Shown one piece after another: positions 11,348-27,313 of a stretch of 64,000 nucleotides of DNA. Position 1 is the first letter of the stretch. Each line of letters begins with the position of its first letter. Location: assembly GCF_006345805.1 (NCBI RefSeq), contig NC_042997.1, positions 174,344,001-174,408,000 of the forward strand, given 5' to 3'. A model generated the notes under the pieces. That model saw only the letters and a program-made list of their open reading frames with translations, searched no databases and was not told where the DNA came from. This stretch comes from Octopus sinensis (taxonomy: Eukaryota). The translations under genes were made by a program, and so were the position numbers.

Positions 11348-12188
11348 CATGGAAAAATGCCAGCAAGACAAATAATATTCTTAAGATTATACATCTGGAA
11401 AAGTACAGGACAAGTTATTACATCTGGTAAAGTATAGAACAAGAAAATTTTCACTTAAAGTATTGCAGCTAAGGATAAAATTTCAAATAAAATATTTAGA
11501 TTTAGAAAATATTACCTTTTATCAAAACTAAATGTTTTATTATGAATTATTACTTCTATTTGTTACTACTTGTTACTTCTATTAAAAATTTAAAAAGTAA
11601 CCCAATTAAAATATTTTTTACACTTTAAAAAAATTCAGGTTTTTAATTACTAATTAATAATTAGAAATTTGAAAGTAGGTTACAAAAAATAATAATAGTA
11701 CATAATTAGTTAGTACAATATATAGAATAATACAAAAATTAGTTATATATTACAGTAAAATCAACCTATAACAACAAAATCACAGTAAAATTTACTTGAA
11801 TAATTGCCTCAGTTATTGCCAATTCTTCACATTTTCAGCATTGGCTCCATGCCTACTTTTTACATTATGAGTTTGCCTACCATATATACTATTCTACTAG
11901 CTATATTGGTACTTCTAGCTCCCATTTTATAAGTATTCTAGTGTCTCAATATTTTAAGAAAATGATGGTACCTTTTTTAATTTTAATGTTATTTTGTAAA
12001 TTAAAATCAAATATTTTTTTAATATTTAAATTTTATCCTTAGCTGCAATATTTAAAGTAAACATTTTCTTGCTCTGTACTTTACCAGATGTAATAAATTG
12101 TCCTGAACTTTTCCAAGTGTAATAACTTGTCCTGTTTTTTTTTCTCGATTTGTAATCTTATTATTTCTCTTGCTCGCATTTTTCCATG
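11348..12188. mobile_element. TA-flanked MITE/foldback element with ~150-bp TIRs
   Basis: ta|catggaaaaatgc ... gcatttttccatg|ta. The TIRs contain ~28-bp subrepeats (ttattacatctggtaaagtacaggacaa-like). Confidence 0.8.
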
Positions 12189-12924
12189 TAGTTCATGTTT
12201 TTTCGCAGGCTATGCTATTATGTCAATTGGTAATGTGTCAAATGTTTCATTTAGCGGTGTCGTTGATAATTTTTTCCTTACCTCAATGATGCCGGTGACA
12301 TATATTAAAAGTCCCCTAAAACTATATTCATAAAAAGTATAGCACGATATTATCACCCTAAAATTTGAGAAACAAACACTCATAACCGTTTTCTTTTAAA
12401 ACTTCATTGCATTAGATTGATACCATGAGATTCCTCGAATTGAACTCTATCATTTAAGCTTAATTAAAATATAGTTTGCTTTTAAATAAAAAAAAAAGTT
12501 AATTATACTTAAATCCAATCTTTGCCTTATATATTTTTCGTGATATTTTACCTCACAACATTTTTTATGCAAATTTTTGTTGCATGGGACCAAAACTATG
12601 AAATTCTTCACGTTTTCTTCTATCGTTGAAGCTAAGATAAATATATTTTGCTTTTAAAATAAAAATAAGTTATTTAGATCTAAACTTGATTGGTGGCGTT
12701 ACTTACTCTCCTATAACGTTGCTTAAAAGTTTGATGCAAATATTTTTCTACTGGACCAAATCTCCAATTTTGTATGCCAAAATGTAGCTAGGGACTAGTT
12801 CTCTTCAAAAATGTTAACGGTTTTCCATTTGGTTAAGAACTGAATGAGCGACAACTTATGAAAGATGGTGCGTGTGAGTAAATTGCGGCCTTAAGAATAT
12901 TATTCAACTACTATCGTAGTCTAA

Positions 12925-12961
<37 letters not shown>

Positions 12962-13177
12962 TTAAATAATGAAAAAATATTGAAAAGAATACGTTCTCTA
13001 GTAGTAAGCACCAACCGCAGTGAATTATTTACTGCAGCCCTTCGCCTCAGGAATTTATTAGCGCGCCAGAACCAAGACATTTGAAATTTTATCACTAGTG
13101 TAATCGGTAAAACTATACACGTGTCTGTACTGGCACGGAAAGCTGGGGTTAGTTTTTCAGTTTACATTACAATGAAC

Positions 13178-13255
13178 GAATGCACTGAAGAAGCACGGAC
13201 ATTTGAATTACGCAAGTAATTCTTTTGTTAAAGGCCGAAACCGAGGTATGCATTT
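13178..13255 (+). ncRNA. Type I hammerhead ribozyme, intact catalytic core
   Basis: gaatgca-CTGAAGA-[stem II incl. gaattac-GCAA-gtaattc]-GAAAC-cgag-GTA-tgcattt. Stem I is 7 bp. Predicted cut is 13248/13249. Confidence 0.75.
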
Positions 13256-13408
13256 AATTCTGTTTCTTATATGAATTTTCATCTGTCCTGCCCGCCAAAT
13301 TTGGTTCTGGTGTTCGCTGTATTTTTCCTCTAGAGAATTTCCTTGTAGTTTGATCGTTGATGGTCTATTTCTAGCATACGGCCGACTCCCTAGCAGTAAG
13401 CCCTGCCA

Positions 13409-13474
<66 letters not shown>

Positions 13475-14310
13475 ATATATATATACAGATAAAGGGTGAA
13501 ATATAATTAATTTAATAAAATCAACAAATTTCACCTAGTAGTATTTCGCTATGGAAAAGGACCATATTCGGTAAAGATTTATATAATTATAATAATATGG
13601 GTTTTTTGCAACAAGTTGCTTAAACCACATACCGAAAATATTAGAAATATCAGTCAAAGGACTACTATTTCCTTTTACTACAAAAATAAGTCTCCACAGA
13701 CAACAATATTTGTGACTCACTTATGGCAAAAAAAGAAGAAAAACAACGAAACCACACAGTCTTCGGATTAATTATGGAGTACGTTTCTGGATTAGAATCG
13801 TAAGGTTCATTTCCTTATAAACATAATATTTCCCATAAATCTAGAAATGCTAAGAAAAACTTACCTCTTATATTTTCGATCAAGCGACATCGAAAGATAC
13901 GAAAGTCAACTAGCATATCCACATTTATATAGACATATTCATGTGTCTTTCTACTCACATGTCCACAAACGTACTCTTTATACACATATAAACAGCAAGA
14001 ATCTACATCAAAGCATAGACATACATATTCACATAAGGATCAGATAGGCATATATTTACTAGACACATACCGCGACAATTACCTTTAGATCCTGTTTATG
14101 TTGTATCTCTCCTTATGTTTATATAAGCGAAAATACACACACATTTACACGCACAAATGCACCCACGCGCACACATATCAGCACAAACGTAGAGCATCCA
14201 GCAGCTGGATCTCAAACTGCAACCTTTCGTTTCCATAAATTACACGAAAACATATAGACAAACAACCATACTGTCACATAAAAACAGATAAATATAGACA
14301 CATCTACATA

Positions 14311-15197
14311 TGAGGGGATACCCTCAAAACCTCGGAATTTTGCAATATTATTTCGTTCACTTATATTTACATGTTTACACTAATATCAGCCTTCAAAGTA
14401 TTCTCCGTTTGAAGCAACGCATCGGTCCAGATGCGTTTTCCGTTGATCGAAGCAGTTTTAGAACTCTTACGAAGGGATACATTTTAACAACTCTGTCGTA
14501 TTTTCTTCAACTCTTCCACATCTGCAAATTCCATAGCACCAACTGTCATCACCAGTGATGACCTTCAGAAAAATATCTGGATCAACTCCCAACTGTTCTT
14601 TCAGTTCACGACACACACTCAGTCGTGACCTCTTTTGATCGTCCGTGAGCAAGCGAGTCACAAATTTTGCTGCAACTCTTTTCTTTCGCAATTATTTGCT
14701 CAAAATTTGTCGCTCCAGAACACACCAGTCATATCAACAAGTTCGTCAATTGTTCTGTGACGTCTTACATGAATTTGTATGCTATTTTATTTCGTTTGGG
14801 AGGTCGAAGGTCGTCCTGAACGAGGTTGGTCCTTCAAGCGACAAGTGACCATTCCTAAAGCGTGGAAACCACTCGTAAACTTGTGTTTTGCTCGTGGCAG
14901 TATCCTTGTAAGCTCTTTGAATCACGACAACTGTTTCTGCCACCTTTTCTCCGGCAAAAAACAGAAGTTCACAGAAGCACGCCGTTCCTTCGTTTCAGCC
15001 ATCACAAAAATCGACGAACAGGAGAGAAGCTCTGAAAAAGAAAGACGTACCACGTGGCAGTAGGACTTAACACGACGACGCCGGTTGGCAGGCTTATGCC
15101 TGAGGGTTGCATCAAGTGGCCTCTAGCGGCGGAAGCCTGAACTCCAATGGGTTTGTCCCACCGAGAACGTTTCCGGTTACTGTTGGGTACCCCCTCG
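14311..15197 (-). mobile_element. Mariner transposon, internally deleted
   Basis: TA-flanked imperfect TIRs (tgaggggataccc / gggtaccccctcg). Transposase relic MAETKERRASV..WF.RFRNG..PRSGRPST..RVAAKFV.RLLTDDQK..ITGDDSWCYG. Confidence 0.85.
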
Positions 15198-15796
15198 TAT
15201 TCATGTTTCACAAACCTTTCTCGCTCTGAAAGTACTTTGTTTTCATTTTCCATTAAAATACTTTCCTTTATATTATTTTTTATTTGGTTTTGGTGTTTTT
15301 GCTTTTGCTCTATTGAACGGAACGTTTATTACTATTTTTATTTTTATTCACTGCTTTTTATCTTCCGAGATAGTCGTCAAATCGGGGTAGTTTCTTTCAC
15401 CATAATATTACAACTATGTTGAGTATTTCTAAATAATTTTTTGAATAATGGTGAACTCAGATTTCAATGTTGAAAGATACATCAACAAGAGAGAAGAGAG
15501 TCTGTTGATGTGAGAATGTATAGAAATCTTTATATAATTTATCTTTCTTTTTACATAACAAAAAAATGTTTTAAGGTCTATATTTTTATTTTTTGTTTGG
15601 TTTTATTTTAAAAATCTTTTTAAGGGAATTATAAATCGATATGTAAACAAACAATCAAATAAATATATAAATAAATGAATAAAGATAATGAGCGACAGGT
15701 ACGAAGAATGAAAATGAAGAGACCTGTACTTCTTCAAATCGGAGAGAAAACGGCCATGAATATTATTACAGATGATTTCTCAATACAGGAAGATAA

Positions 15797-15837
<41 letters not shown>

Positions 15838-16206
15838 AGAGAAACAAGCCAGGCAAACAGAGACAGAGAAAATAAGATAAATTATTGAATAGATTCACGT
15901 ATTTTTCTTGCCTTAGGTATCAATGGCGGTTCCTTTTCAAGATTCAAATTTTTATAGAATCTTTTTCTAGTTTCAAATTTTTCTTTTTATAAACTTTCCT
16001 TATAATTCAATATGTGTATTATTTATTAAGGCGAATGAAATACACAATGATTTCATCAATTGCGCTGGCCATCGCTTTGATGAGTGACGTCACATTTCAA
16101 CGAGACCATTGCTACCGCTCTTGTTTAGAGGCCTCTAACCGTTTTATTGCTCTATCCATTTTACTTGCTTGTTTGAGGAGAGACTCATTCTTATTTACTC
16201 CGAAAT

Positions 16207-16503
16207 TTTGTTCGTTCTTTCTCGAGTCATGCCTGGCTCAAAAGGACCGGTTTTCTGGTTTCATTGGCTTATAGTTTCCCCCCCTTGGCCGGGACGCCGG
16301 TCTGTCGCAAGAGAGCTGCCAGGTGCAGGAGGGAAGAGTGAGAGCAAGTTGTGGCGAAATAGTCAGTAGAAGTTCGCCATTACCTTCTGCCGGAGCCGCG
16401 TGGATCCTAGGTGTTTCGCTCATAAATACACATACAGCCCGGTCTGAGAATCGAACCCGCGATCCCTCGACCGTCAGTCCGTTGCTCTTACCACTAGGCC
16501 ATG
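16207..16503 (-). mobile_element. tRNA-derived SINE (core 2, tail alpha)
   Basis: tggcctagtggtaagagc..gggttcgattctc. The tail gaaaccag..gagccaggcatgactcgagaaagaac is shared with the 9767 copy. Confidence 0.8.
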
Positions 16504-17005
16504 TTTCTCCAATCTCCAAAATATAAAGATTAAAAATCATATTATTTGACTTCCATATCTTTATTTTGGCGTTCAGAGTAATGTTGAATAACGAAGCACA
16601 GACAGAGAGGCAAGCTAGAAGACAGACATATATATATAAAGTTTTGTATAATAAAACAACACAAAGGAAAGAAAGAAAGAAAGAAAGGAAGGAAGGAAGA
16701 AAGAAAGAATTAGAACCTAGAATTCGTTTGTTTTCACGCCACAGGAATTTAATAGAGTTCTTCCCAAATTTGTTTATTTTCTGTCGAAGATTTTTGTTTT
16801 CTTAGTTCCTCTCATAATCCTATGTGTATACATTTAAAGAGAACCAAATATACAATTAGCTCACCATATTACTCCTGCTATACATCCTTAAGGCAATATA
16901 TAGTAATCGACGCTGCATTTTAATGAACTCATCGCTACTGATGCTTACCAAAAGCCTCGGGCCGTTCTTTCTCAAGATGTTACTTAGATTACTCCATATA
17001 TTGTA

Positions 17006-18851
<1,846 letters not shown>

Positions 18852-19166
18852 TACGAGAACGTACGTAGCTTATCGATATCGAAGTAATGAAGACAATGAA
18901 AATTGCAATCATAAATATGTAATATCGATTGTAACCGGGTCCCTACGGTGTGAAACCAAAATTCTTTATCATTTATGAGAATCAAATAAATTGATGGGTA
19001 AATAAATAACATGGAGAGATGAGAGATATTACAAAACAGAGCAAAACATCTGCTGAAAATGGTATGCGGGAGAAATAACGAATGCAAGACAAATGGATGT
19101 ATGAATATTTAATAACATGGGTCCCAAAAAGCTAATAATGGTATATATATATATATATTATATATA

Positions 19167-19205
<39 letters not shown>

Positions 19206-19243
19206 TATATTATACATATATATATATATATATATAAACATAT

Positions 19244-19279
<36 letters not shown>

Positions 19280-20447
19280 GATATATATATATATATATTA
19301 TATATATATATACATATATAACGGGCGTCTTCCAGTTTCCGTCTACTAAATCCACTCACAATTCTTTGGTCGGCCCGGGGCTATAGCAGAAGACACTTGC
19401 CCAAGATGCCACGCAGTGGGACTGAACCCGGAACCATGTGGTTGGTTAGCAAGCTACTTACCACACAGCCATTCCTGCGCCTATTAAAAATCCGGGAGAA
19501 CTGCACAAAAGACCATTGCACAACCCAAATGTAACGGCCTGGTGTGTGATGTTGAAAAAGCTGCCGTCATTGGTCCTTACTTTTTTAAAGACAATAATGG
19601 AAATGCTGTTACTGTGAACTCCAAGTGTTACATCGAGATGATAAACAACTTCTTTGTGCCTGAATTACGTCGAAAGCGTATGCCTATTCGATGTATGTGT
19701 TATCAGCAGAATGGGGCGACGGCCCACACAGCCAGAGCATCAATAGACGTTCTTCACCCTTTCATTGGTGACCGCCTCATTTCCAGTTTTGCTGACATTC
19801 CTTGGTCCCCCTCGCTTCTCTGATTTGTCCATGTGTGATTATTTCTTGTGAGGAAATATGAAAGCATGTGTGTATGCGCATAAGTCCCATACATTGGACG
19901 ATCTGAAGGAAGATGTTCGTGTGGAAGTCGTCGAAATTGACAGAGCAATCTTGGAGAGAGTGGAGGCCAACTTTCAAAAACGCCTTCAGAAATGCATCAA
20001 CGAAAACGGACACTACATGATGGATGTTGTTTTCCACAATTGATTTTGACAAATGCTAATTTAAGACGAGCACATTGCTGTCAATAAAATTTGTTTGCAG
20101 CTAAAATTAAAGATTTTTGTGAATTTTTCAAAAACGTCCGTCCTCTCTGCTCCACCCTGTACGAGAACGTACGTAGCTTATCGATATCGAAGTAATGAAG
20201 ACAATGAAAATTGCAATCATAAATATGTAATATCGATTGTAACCGGGTCCCTACGGTGTGAAACCAAAATTCTTTATCATTTATGAGAATCAAATAAATT
20301 GATGGGTAAATAAATAACATGGAGAGATGAGAGATATTACAAAACAGAGCAAAACATCTGCTGAAAATGGTATGCGGGAGAAATAACGAATGCAAGACAA
20401 ATGGATGTATGAATATTTAATAACATGGGTCCCAAAAAGCTAATAAT

Positions 20448-20822
<375 letters not shown>

Positions 20823-21119
20823 AACCGTAATAAAGAGTAAAAAATTTCGTTGCCATTCCTATTTTTGCTGCCACTGTTCTTGTCGTTGTTGCTGCTACTG
20901 CGACTAACACTACTAATATAGGTATAATATTTATTATTTAGTGGTGGTTTATGCGAGAATAGGTAGAATGTCAAGGAAAATGCGTTGTAGTATTCATATC
21001 CTTTTATGATTTGAGTTCAAATATTTAACCTGTAAGCCGACTTCGCCCTTATTTTCTTCCGCGCATCGATAAAACAAGAAGTAATCAAGTACTCAGATAA
21101 ATTAAATGAAATAAATTTT

Positions 21120-21330
21120 TACAAATAATGGCTCCAAATTTTTCCACAAGGCTAGCAATTTTCGGGCAGGGGAATAGTCAATTACATCAACCCCAGTCCT
21201 CAACAGCAACTTATTTTAGCGACTCAGAATTGATAAAATATAAAGTCGACCTCGCGGATACTTGAACTCAGAATGTAATGAATCGGAAGGAATGTCGCTT
21301 AGCATTGTACCCAACCCGCTGAAGATTTTG
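21120..21330 (-). mobile_element. SINE family C, diverged
   Basis: Reverse-strand ttctgagttcaag..gaggtcgacttta. Confidence 0.6.
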
Positions 21331-21509
21331 TCTGAAAAGAGAAAAAGGAAGCAATTCCACTATTAGAAAATGTCATTGCTGATTATTCATGTTTTGAAAA
21401 TGATATCAAGAATTAGCTAAAAACGATATCAAGCATTAGCTAAAAAAGGTAGGTAAGTATGAAGATGTTAAAAGTTAACATAACACAGGGCGAGAATACT
21501 CTACCAATA

Positions 21510-21722
21510 TTTACAGCCCTTATTGACGAAAGCGTGCTGGCAGAATCGCTAGCAGGCCGGCTGACCATTTGTCCTTTCTTCTGAGTTCGAATTCCACTGG
21601 GGTTAACTTTGCCTTTCTTTTTGAGGTTGCTAAAATAAGTGTTATTTGAGCACTGAGGTCGATATAATCGACTTAACTCCTCCTCGTAACTTGCTGGCCT
21701 TGTGCCAAAATTTGAAAGCAAT
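21510..21722 (+). mobile_element. SINE family C
   Basis: gtgctggcagaatcg..ttctgagttcgaattcc..ggtcgatataatcgact..gctggccttgtgccaaaatttgaa. Confidence 0.75.
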
Positions 21723-22515
21723 ACTTACAACCCTTGGTATTACCATATGTTTAATTCTACTGCTAAGCTATTGTAATTCCTTAGCCTTTCAGATCGCTTA
21801 TAATAGCTCAGAACTTCTGCGTTAATTATTAAAACACCATTGTCGTTTATATCATATAAAATGTTGCGAAGCTTGTACGCTTCGTTATGATCCATCTCCT
21901 GTATAAAAGTTGCATGATATCTCCACGTCATTATCATTTAAAGACAGGTGGAATTTCAATTGGATAGTGAGAAACTTATTATTTAAGCAGTTGGAAATGA
22001 GTGGTAAGACGTACATGAACTTCATCACAGAGTCTTGAAATATATAATAGTAGGAGTTAATGTCAGACATCCTCATTTAATGAGGTACATTGTTTCAGAA
22101 AGTATAATATACAAACGACATCAATAACATATACTATAATAAATTCGGATATTCTCTCGTTCTCATTATGTTTACTTGAGTTAACCTGTTACATCTGCTG
22201 TTTAGTTCAGACGAACGTACTACTGTGTATTCAGTTCACGAAATTAAGTATAAAAATTTTTAATATTTCATCATGCAGTGTATATGTAACCTTATTTGCG
22301 TTGTTGTCTTACGGTGTGAGTTAGAATCAACTTTCAAAATTTAAATTATACATATATATATATATATATATATAGTGTACATTTAAACACATAAGGAATT
22401 CGCTCATGGAATTCAACACGCAAGTAAGAACAGCTAGGTTCTATAACCACAAAAATTAGGGATAAATTTCGACAGGAACGAAATGAAAAAATAAAAACAT
22501 TTTACCATCAAGTTT

Positions 22516-22592
22516 CCTGGACCAATTGGTTTCTGATTTAAGTTTAGCAAGCAAATAATATTTGCTCACGAGGTGAAATCGTCCTCAACAGG
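22516..22592 (-). ncRNA. Type I hammerhead-like motif (U3 variant) in a ~260-bp TA-flanked unit (22377-22630)
   Basis: cctg-TTGAGGA-c-gattt..agcaaat-att-atttgct..aaatc-a-GAAAC-caattg-GTC-cagg. Confidence 0.65.
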
Positions 22593-22633
22593 TACACCTT
22601 GGGTTAAATATATAAACAAAGAGGCAATCAAAC

Positions 22634-22669
<36 letters not shown>

Positions 22670-22670
<1 letters not shown>

Positions 22671-22880
22671 CTTTTATTCGTTTACTTGTTTCAGTCATCT
22701 GACTGCAGCGATGATGGAGCACCGCCTTTAGCCGAATATATCAACTCCAGAACCTATTCTTCGTAAACCTGCTACTTTTTCTATCGGTCTCTTTTGCGGG
22801 GACATAAACACATCAGCATCGGTTGTCAAGCAATGGTGGGCAAACAAACACAGACACACAAACACACACGCACAAACACA

Positions 22881-22926
<46 letters not shown>

Positions 22927-23095
22927 ATATATATGCGACGGGCTTTTTTCTGTTTCTATCAACCAAATCCACTCACAAGGCTTTGGTCGGCCAGAGGATA
23001 TAGTAGAAGACAGTTGTCCAAGGTGCCACGCTGTGGGACTGAACTCGGAACCATATGGTTGGTAAGCAAGTTACTTACCATACAGCCACGCCTGT
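22670..23095 (-). mobile_element. SINE family B
   Basis: Both halves and the internal microsatellite match 17660-18175. Confidence 0.85.
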
Positions 23096-23104
23096 ATATC
23101 TATC

Positions 23105-23454
23105 TATATATATATATAAAACTGAGAATGTGTGTTTGTCTGTCTGTGTGAATCCCTAAAACTTGAGAACTACGCAACTAATTTCATTCAAATTTTACAT
23201 ATGCCTTACTTAGAGTCCAAGGAGTGTCATGGTCAAAAAACTACACAACCAATTTCATTCAAATTTTACACATGCCTTAGTTAGGGTCCATGCCTTAGTT
23301 AGGGTCAAGGGCAAAAAAATTTCTAACTTATTGCCTAGGGCGAGCCCACAGCAATATCATTTCTCCACTATTTCAGTCTTAAGTGTTAAAAGTGAAACAA
23401 AAACATCTCTCTATTGTATGTTTATGGATGTATATATATATATATACACCCATA

Positions 23455-23500
<46 letters not shown>

Positions 23501-24062
23501 TAAGTGCTGGTGTGGTTGTGTGGTAACAAACTTAGTTCCAAAACACATGGTCCTCAGTTCAGTCCCACTGTGTGGTAACTTGGCATGTGTCTTCTGCTAT
23601 AGCCTGAGACCAACAAAAGCCTGGTCAGTGGATTTTGTAGACAGAAACTGAAAGAAATCAATTGTATGTATATGTATGTATATATGTAAGTCTATGTGTG
23701 TGTCTTCGTGTTTCTCCCTCATCACTGCTTCACAACTGGTGTTCGTTTATTTACATCCCCATAACTTACTGGGTTGTGTCTGGAAGCTAGAAAGAACAGC
23801 TAGGTTCTATAAACACAAAATTAGGGATAAAATTCGACAGAAATGAAATGAAAATATAAAAACTGGGTTGTGTCTGGACGCATTTTAACACCTGCGTCAA
23901 AATATAAAAAAGCACTACGAAGTGTCTCATATTTTTGTTTGCCCACTCAGTTGTATCTATCAATTTATCTTTGCGTGTGTGTGTGTGTGTATGTGTTTGT
24001 GTATGTGTGTGTGTATATATATATATACATATATGTATACACACACACACACACACACACAC

Positions 24063-24141
<79 letters not shown>

Positions 24142-24672
24142 ATATATAACATAGTTTTTGAACCGGTACTTCAAGTAACGACTAGAGTAGGGTAACTGAC
24201 TGCTTATTGTAATCATTCGTCTTTTGGTTTCCTGTAGCTTTGCTCTCTTTTACAAACCCAGTGAACATACATATATTTCCTATTTCATAGAAATTCAAAC
24301 AATAGATATAAGACCCAAGTTAAAAAGATTTTCAACAATTCAACTTCTCTGGTTGACATTAAGATGCCCACTCCCAACAGGGGCCTTAACTCTCACATTT
24401 TAGAGCTCCATGACCTTCATTGTTTTGGAGCAAAATCTTTTTAACAGGTCCTATAAGACTGGAATTTTGGAATATGCGCATAAAAATCAGTAGTATGGGA
24501 TACATGTGGCACAATTACAATTTTTTTAGGGTGTGTAAAGAGGGAAATAACCCTCATCTGCAATTTTGATGAAATTCGAAACATAGATATTCCAGTTCAT
24601 TACAGAAAATATAACAGAAAAGTCTAATTCTTCAATTGAATGTAACCGGACAACGCCGGGTATCTCTGCTAG
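23105..24672 (+). mobile_element. Probable non-autonomous Helitron with nested inserts
   Basis: 5' a|TCtatatatatataaaactgagaatg and 3' ccgg-acaacg-ccgg hairpin then CTAG|t. Assigning both ends to one element is inference. Confidence 0.45.
23504..23768 (+). mobile_element. SINE family B, 3'-truncated
   Basis: Head and core match the other family B copies. Confidence 0.75.
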
Positions 24673-24783
24673 TGTATATATAATTGTCATTTCATTTCGT
24701 TAAAATGCTTTTATAAATGCCTTTATTACTATCTTTGCCATCTTGTAAATACCTCACGCATATGTTCTGTACGGTATATAGAA

Positions 24784-25184
24784 ATAGTGGCTGTGTGGTA
24801 AGTAGCTTGTTTACCAACCACATGGTTCCGGGTTCAGTCCCACAGTGTGGCACCTTGGGCAAGTGTCTTCTACTATAGCCTCGGGCCGACCAAAGCCTTG
24901 TGAGTGGATTTGGTAGACGAAAACTGAAAGAAGCCCGTCGTATATATGTATATATATGTATATATATGTGTGCATGTATGTTTGTGTTTGTCCCCCTAGC
25001 ATTGCTTGACAACCGATGCTAGTGTGCTTATATCCCCGTCACTTAGCGGTTCGGCAAAAGAGACCGATAGAATAAGTACTAGGCTTACAAAGAATAAGTC
25101 CTGGGGTCAAGTTGCTCGATTGAAGGCGGTGCTCCAGCATGGCCGCAGTCAAATGACTGAAACAAGTAAAAGAGCAAAAGAGTT
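24784..25184 (+). mobile_element. SINE family B, full length
   Basis: tggctgtgtggtaag..ccttgggcaag..gactgaaacaagtaaaagagcaaaagag. Confidence 0.9.
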
Positions 25185-26103
25185 TATATATATAATCATA
25201 TCGAAGGGAAATGGAAATTAACAGAAATTTTCACTTCAAGTGGCCTAGCGTGTAAAAATTTAGTCCAAAGACTATGTATCACTCATAAAATACAATGTGC
25301 ATTTAAATACATAAGGAATCCACTCCTGGGATTCAACACGCTAGAAAGAACAGCTAGGTTCTATAAACACATAATTAGGGATAAAATTCGACATGAACGA
25401 AATGAAAAAATAAAAACTGGGTTGTGTCTGGACGCATTTTAACACCTGCTAATAATCTTTGCGTTATTTCATACTTAAGATACTCATGAAAACTTTCACA
25501 AATTTTCTTTCAACATTTTTATTATGAATGGTTTCCAAGCTGTTAATTTAAAATTTGAAATTTAATTTTTAGAAAAACTTGTTTAACTTTAAATTATAAA
25601 AGGTTCTGCATAATATTTTAAGTCAATTTTAAACTTCTTTCATGGTCCGGTGGATGGACCGGATGAGTGGGCTTACTCTAAGCGGGTTCCGGACAAACCC
25701 CAACCCTTAGGACAAAAATCCCTCGCAAAAATCCTCTAAGTTCAAGTGCGAAAGAAGATAAAACGCCTCAGTTATATTTTCGGCGGAGGTGTACAATAAT
25801 CAGCCCTCTCCTGAGGTGGGATTTTGTACAGTTGGCGGGGTGTGTTCTACACTCACTCTAAGTTAGTGCCTGTAGGATGGAGAGAAGGGATGGGAGTGGG
25901 GTGACACTCAGCGGTGACCCAGGATATGTACGTTACTTTAGGTGATACTCATCACTATTGGAGAAAGTTTGTTGTTAAAATCACCTTGCTAACTATTATT
26001 GTTTTTATTGTTTAGAGGTGTTTATATAAATACCCACGATCTTTTGTCTTTCTGTTCTCTTAAATATTCTCCTTACGCTCCTTGTGGCCAATAAAGAAAG
26101 AAA

Positions 26104-26415
26104 AGGCGGCAAGCTCGCAGAATCATTTGCGCATCAAAATAGATGCTTGGCGATCATTTTTTAGTAACATTCTGAGTTCGAAGCCCACAAAGGTCAATTT
26201 TACACTTCATCCTTTCGGAGTCGATAAAATAAAGTACTCGTCAAGTACTAGGGTCGAACTAAATGTCCTACTTATGTGTCAAAATTTGAAACTCTGCTTT
26301 TCGTCCTTTCGGGGTCGATACCTTAAGTACCAGTCAAGTATTTGGGTCCATGTGACGGATTGTCCCCACCCCACAAAAATCCAGGCCCCACAAAAATCCA
26401 CCCCACAAAAATCCA
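26104..26415 (+). mobile_element. SINE family C with a duplicated core and a 3x ccccacaaaaatcca tail
   Basis: ggtcaattttacacttcatcctttcggagtcgataaaataaagtac and a second cctttcggggtcgata..aagtaccag. Confidence 0.65.
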
Positions 26416-26474
26416 GTAGTAGTAGTAGTAATAGTAATAGTAGCAGTAGCAGCAGCAGCAGCAGTGGCAGTGGC

Positions 26475-26524
<50 letters not shown>

Positions 26525-26540
26525 CAGCAGCAGTGGCAGT
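26414..26540. repeat. (TAG/CAG)n microsatellite
   Basis: Direct reading; source of the poly-Ser and poly-Leu ORFs. Confidence 0.95.
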
Positions 26541-26823
26541 ATATAACTTCGACTTATTTGATTTGTTTTAGACATGGAGATTTACTTCTTCGGATTATGT
26601 GTCTGCTGGAAAGCGATAGGATGTGACATAGAATGGAACGGGGAGCTAATGAAAAATAGATTGCTTGTGGAAGAAATCCATTAATGTTATACATAAACAC
26701 ATATGTCCCACACATCACTGTGTAATATACGTCTCTACAGCTATGTGTGTGTGAGTGTGAGTGTCTGTGTAATATATGCATGTATACATAAACATAAATA
26801 CTTAATATTATATATATATATAA

Positions 26824-26879
<56 letters not shown>

Positions 26880-27151
26880 AAAGTGAGAGAGAGAGAAAGA
26901 TAATATAAAGTGAGAGAGCAAAAAAGTGAAAGAGAGAAACTGTTGATGCCTTTAAACCCGGGATATTATTTTATCGAAGTTGCCACCAGCAAGCAGTAAT
27001 TCAACACCTTCCATTGCACACTTCTGTTAGCACACATGCATATATACATACGTAAATACATGCATACACATATACACTTATATATATACAAAAACGTCAA
27101 TGTAATACTCACACAAATATGTCTACACTTAAGCACATATTTTCAAATACA

Positions 27152-27313
<162 letters not shown>

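Noticed and set aside
12390-12780. Two diverged ~175-bp direct repeats
   Set aside because: AT-rich and degenerate, with no termini or motif; probably MITE interior
21744-21898. Possible minus-strand exon EMDHNEAYKLRNILYDINDNG.. (cadherin-like DINDN)
   Set aside because: It lacks the DxNDNxP proline and other cadherin motifs, the donor is weak, and it is not distinguishable from a chance ORF
26570-26685. 36-codon plus-strand ORF after an acceptor-like site
   Set aside because: Too short, with no recognisable motif
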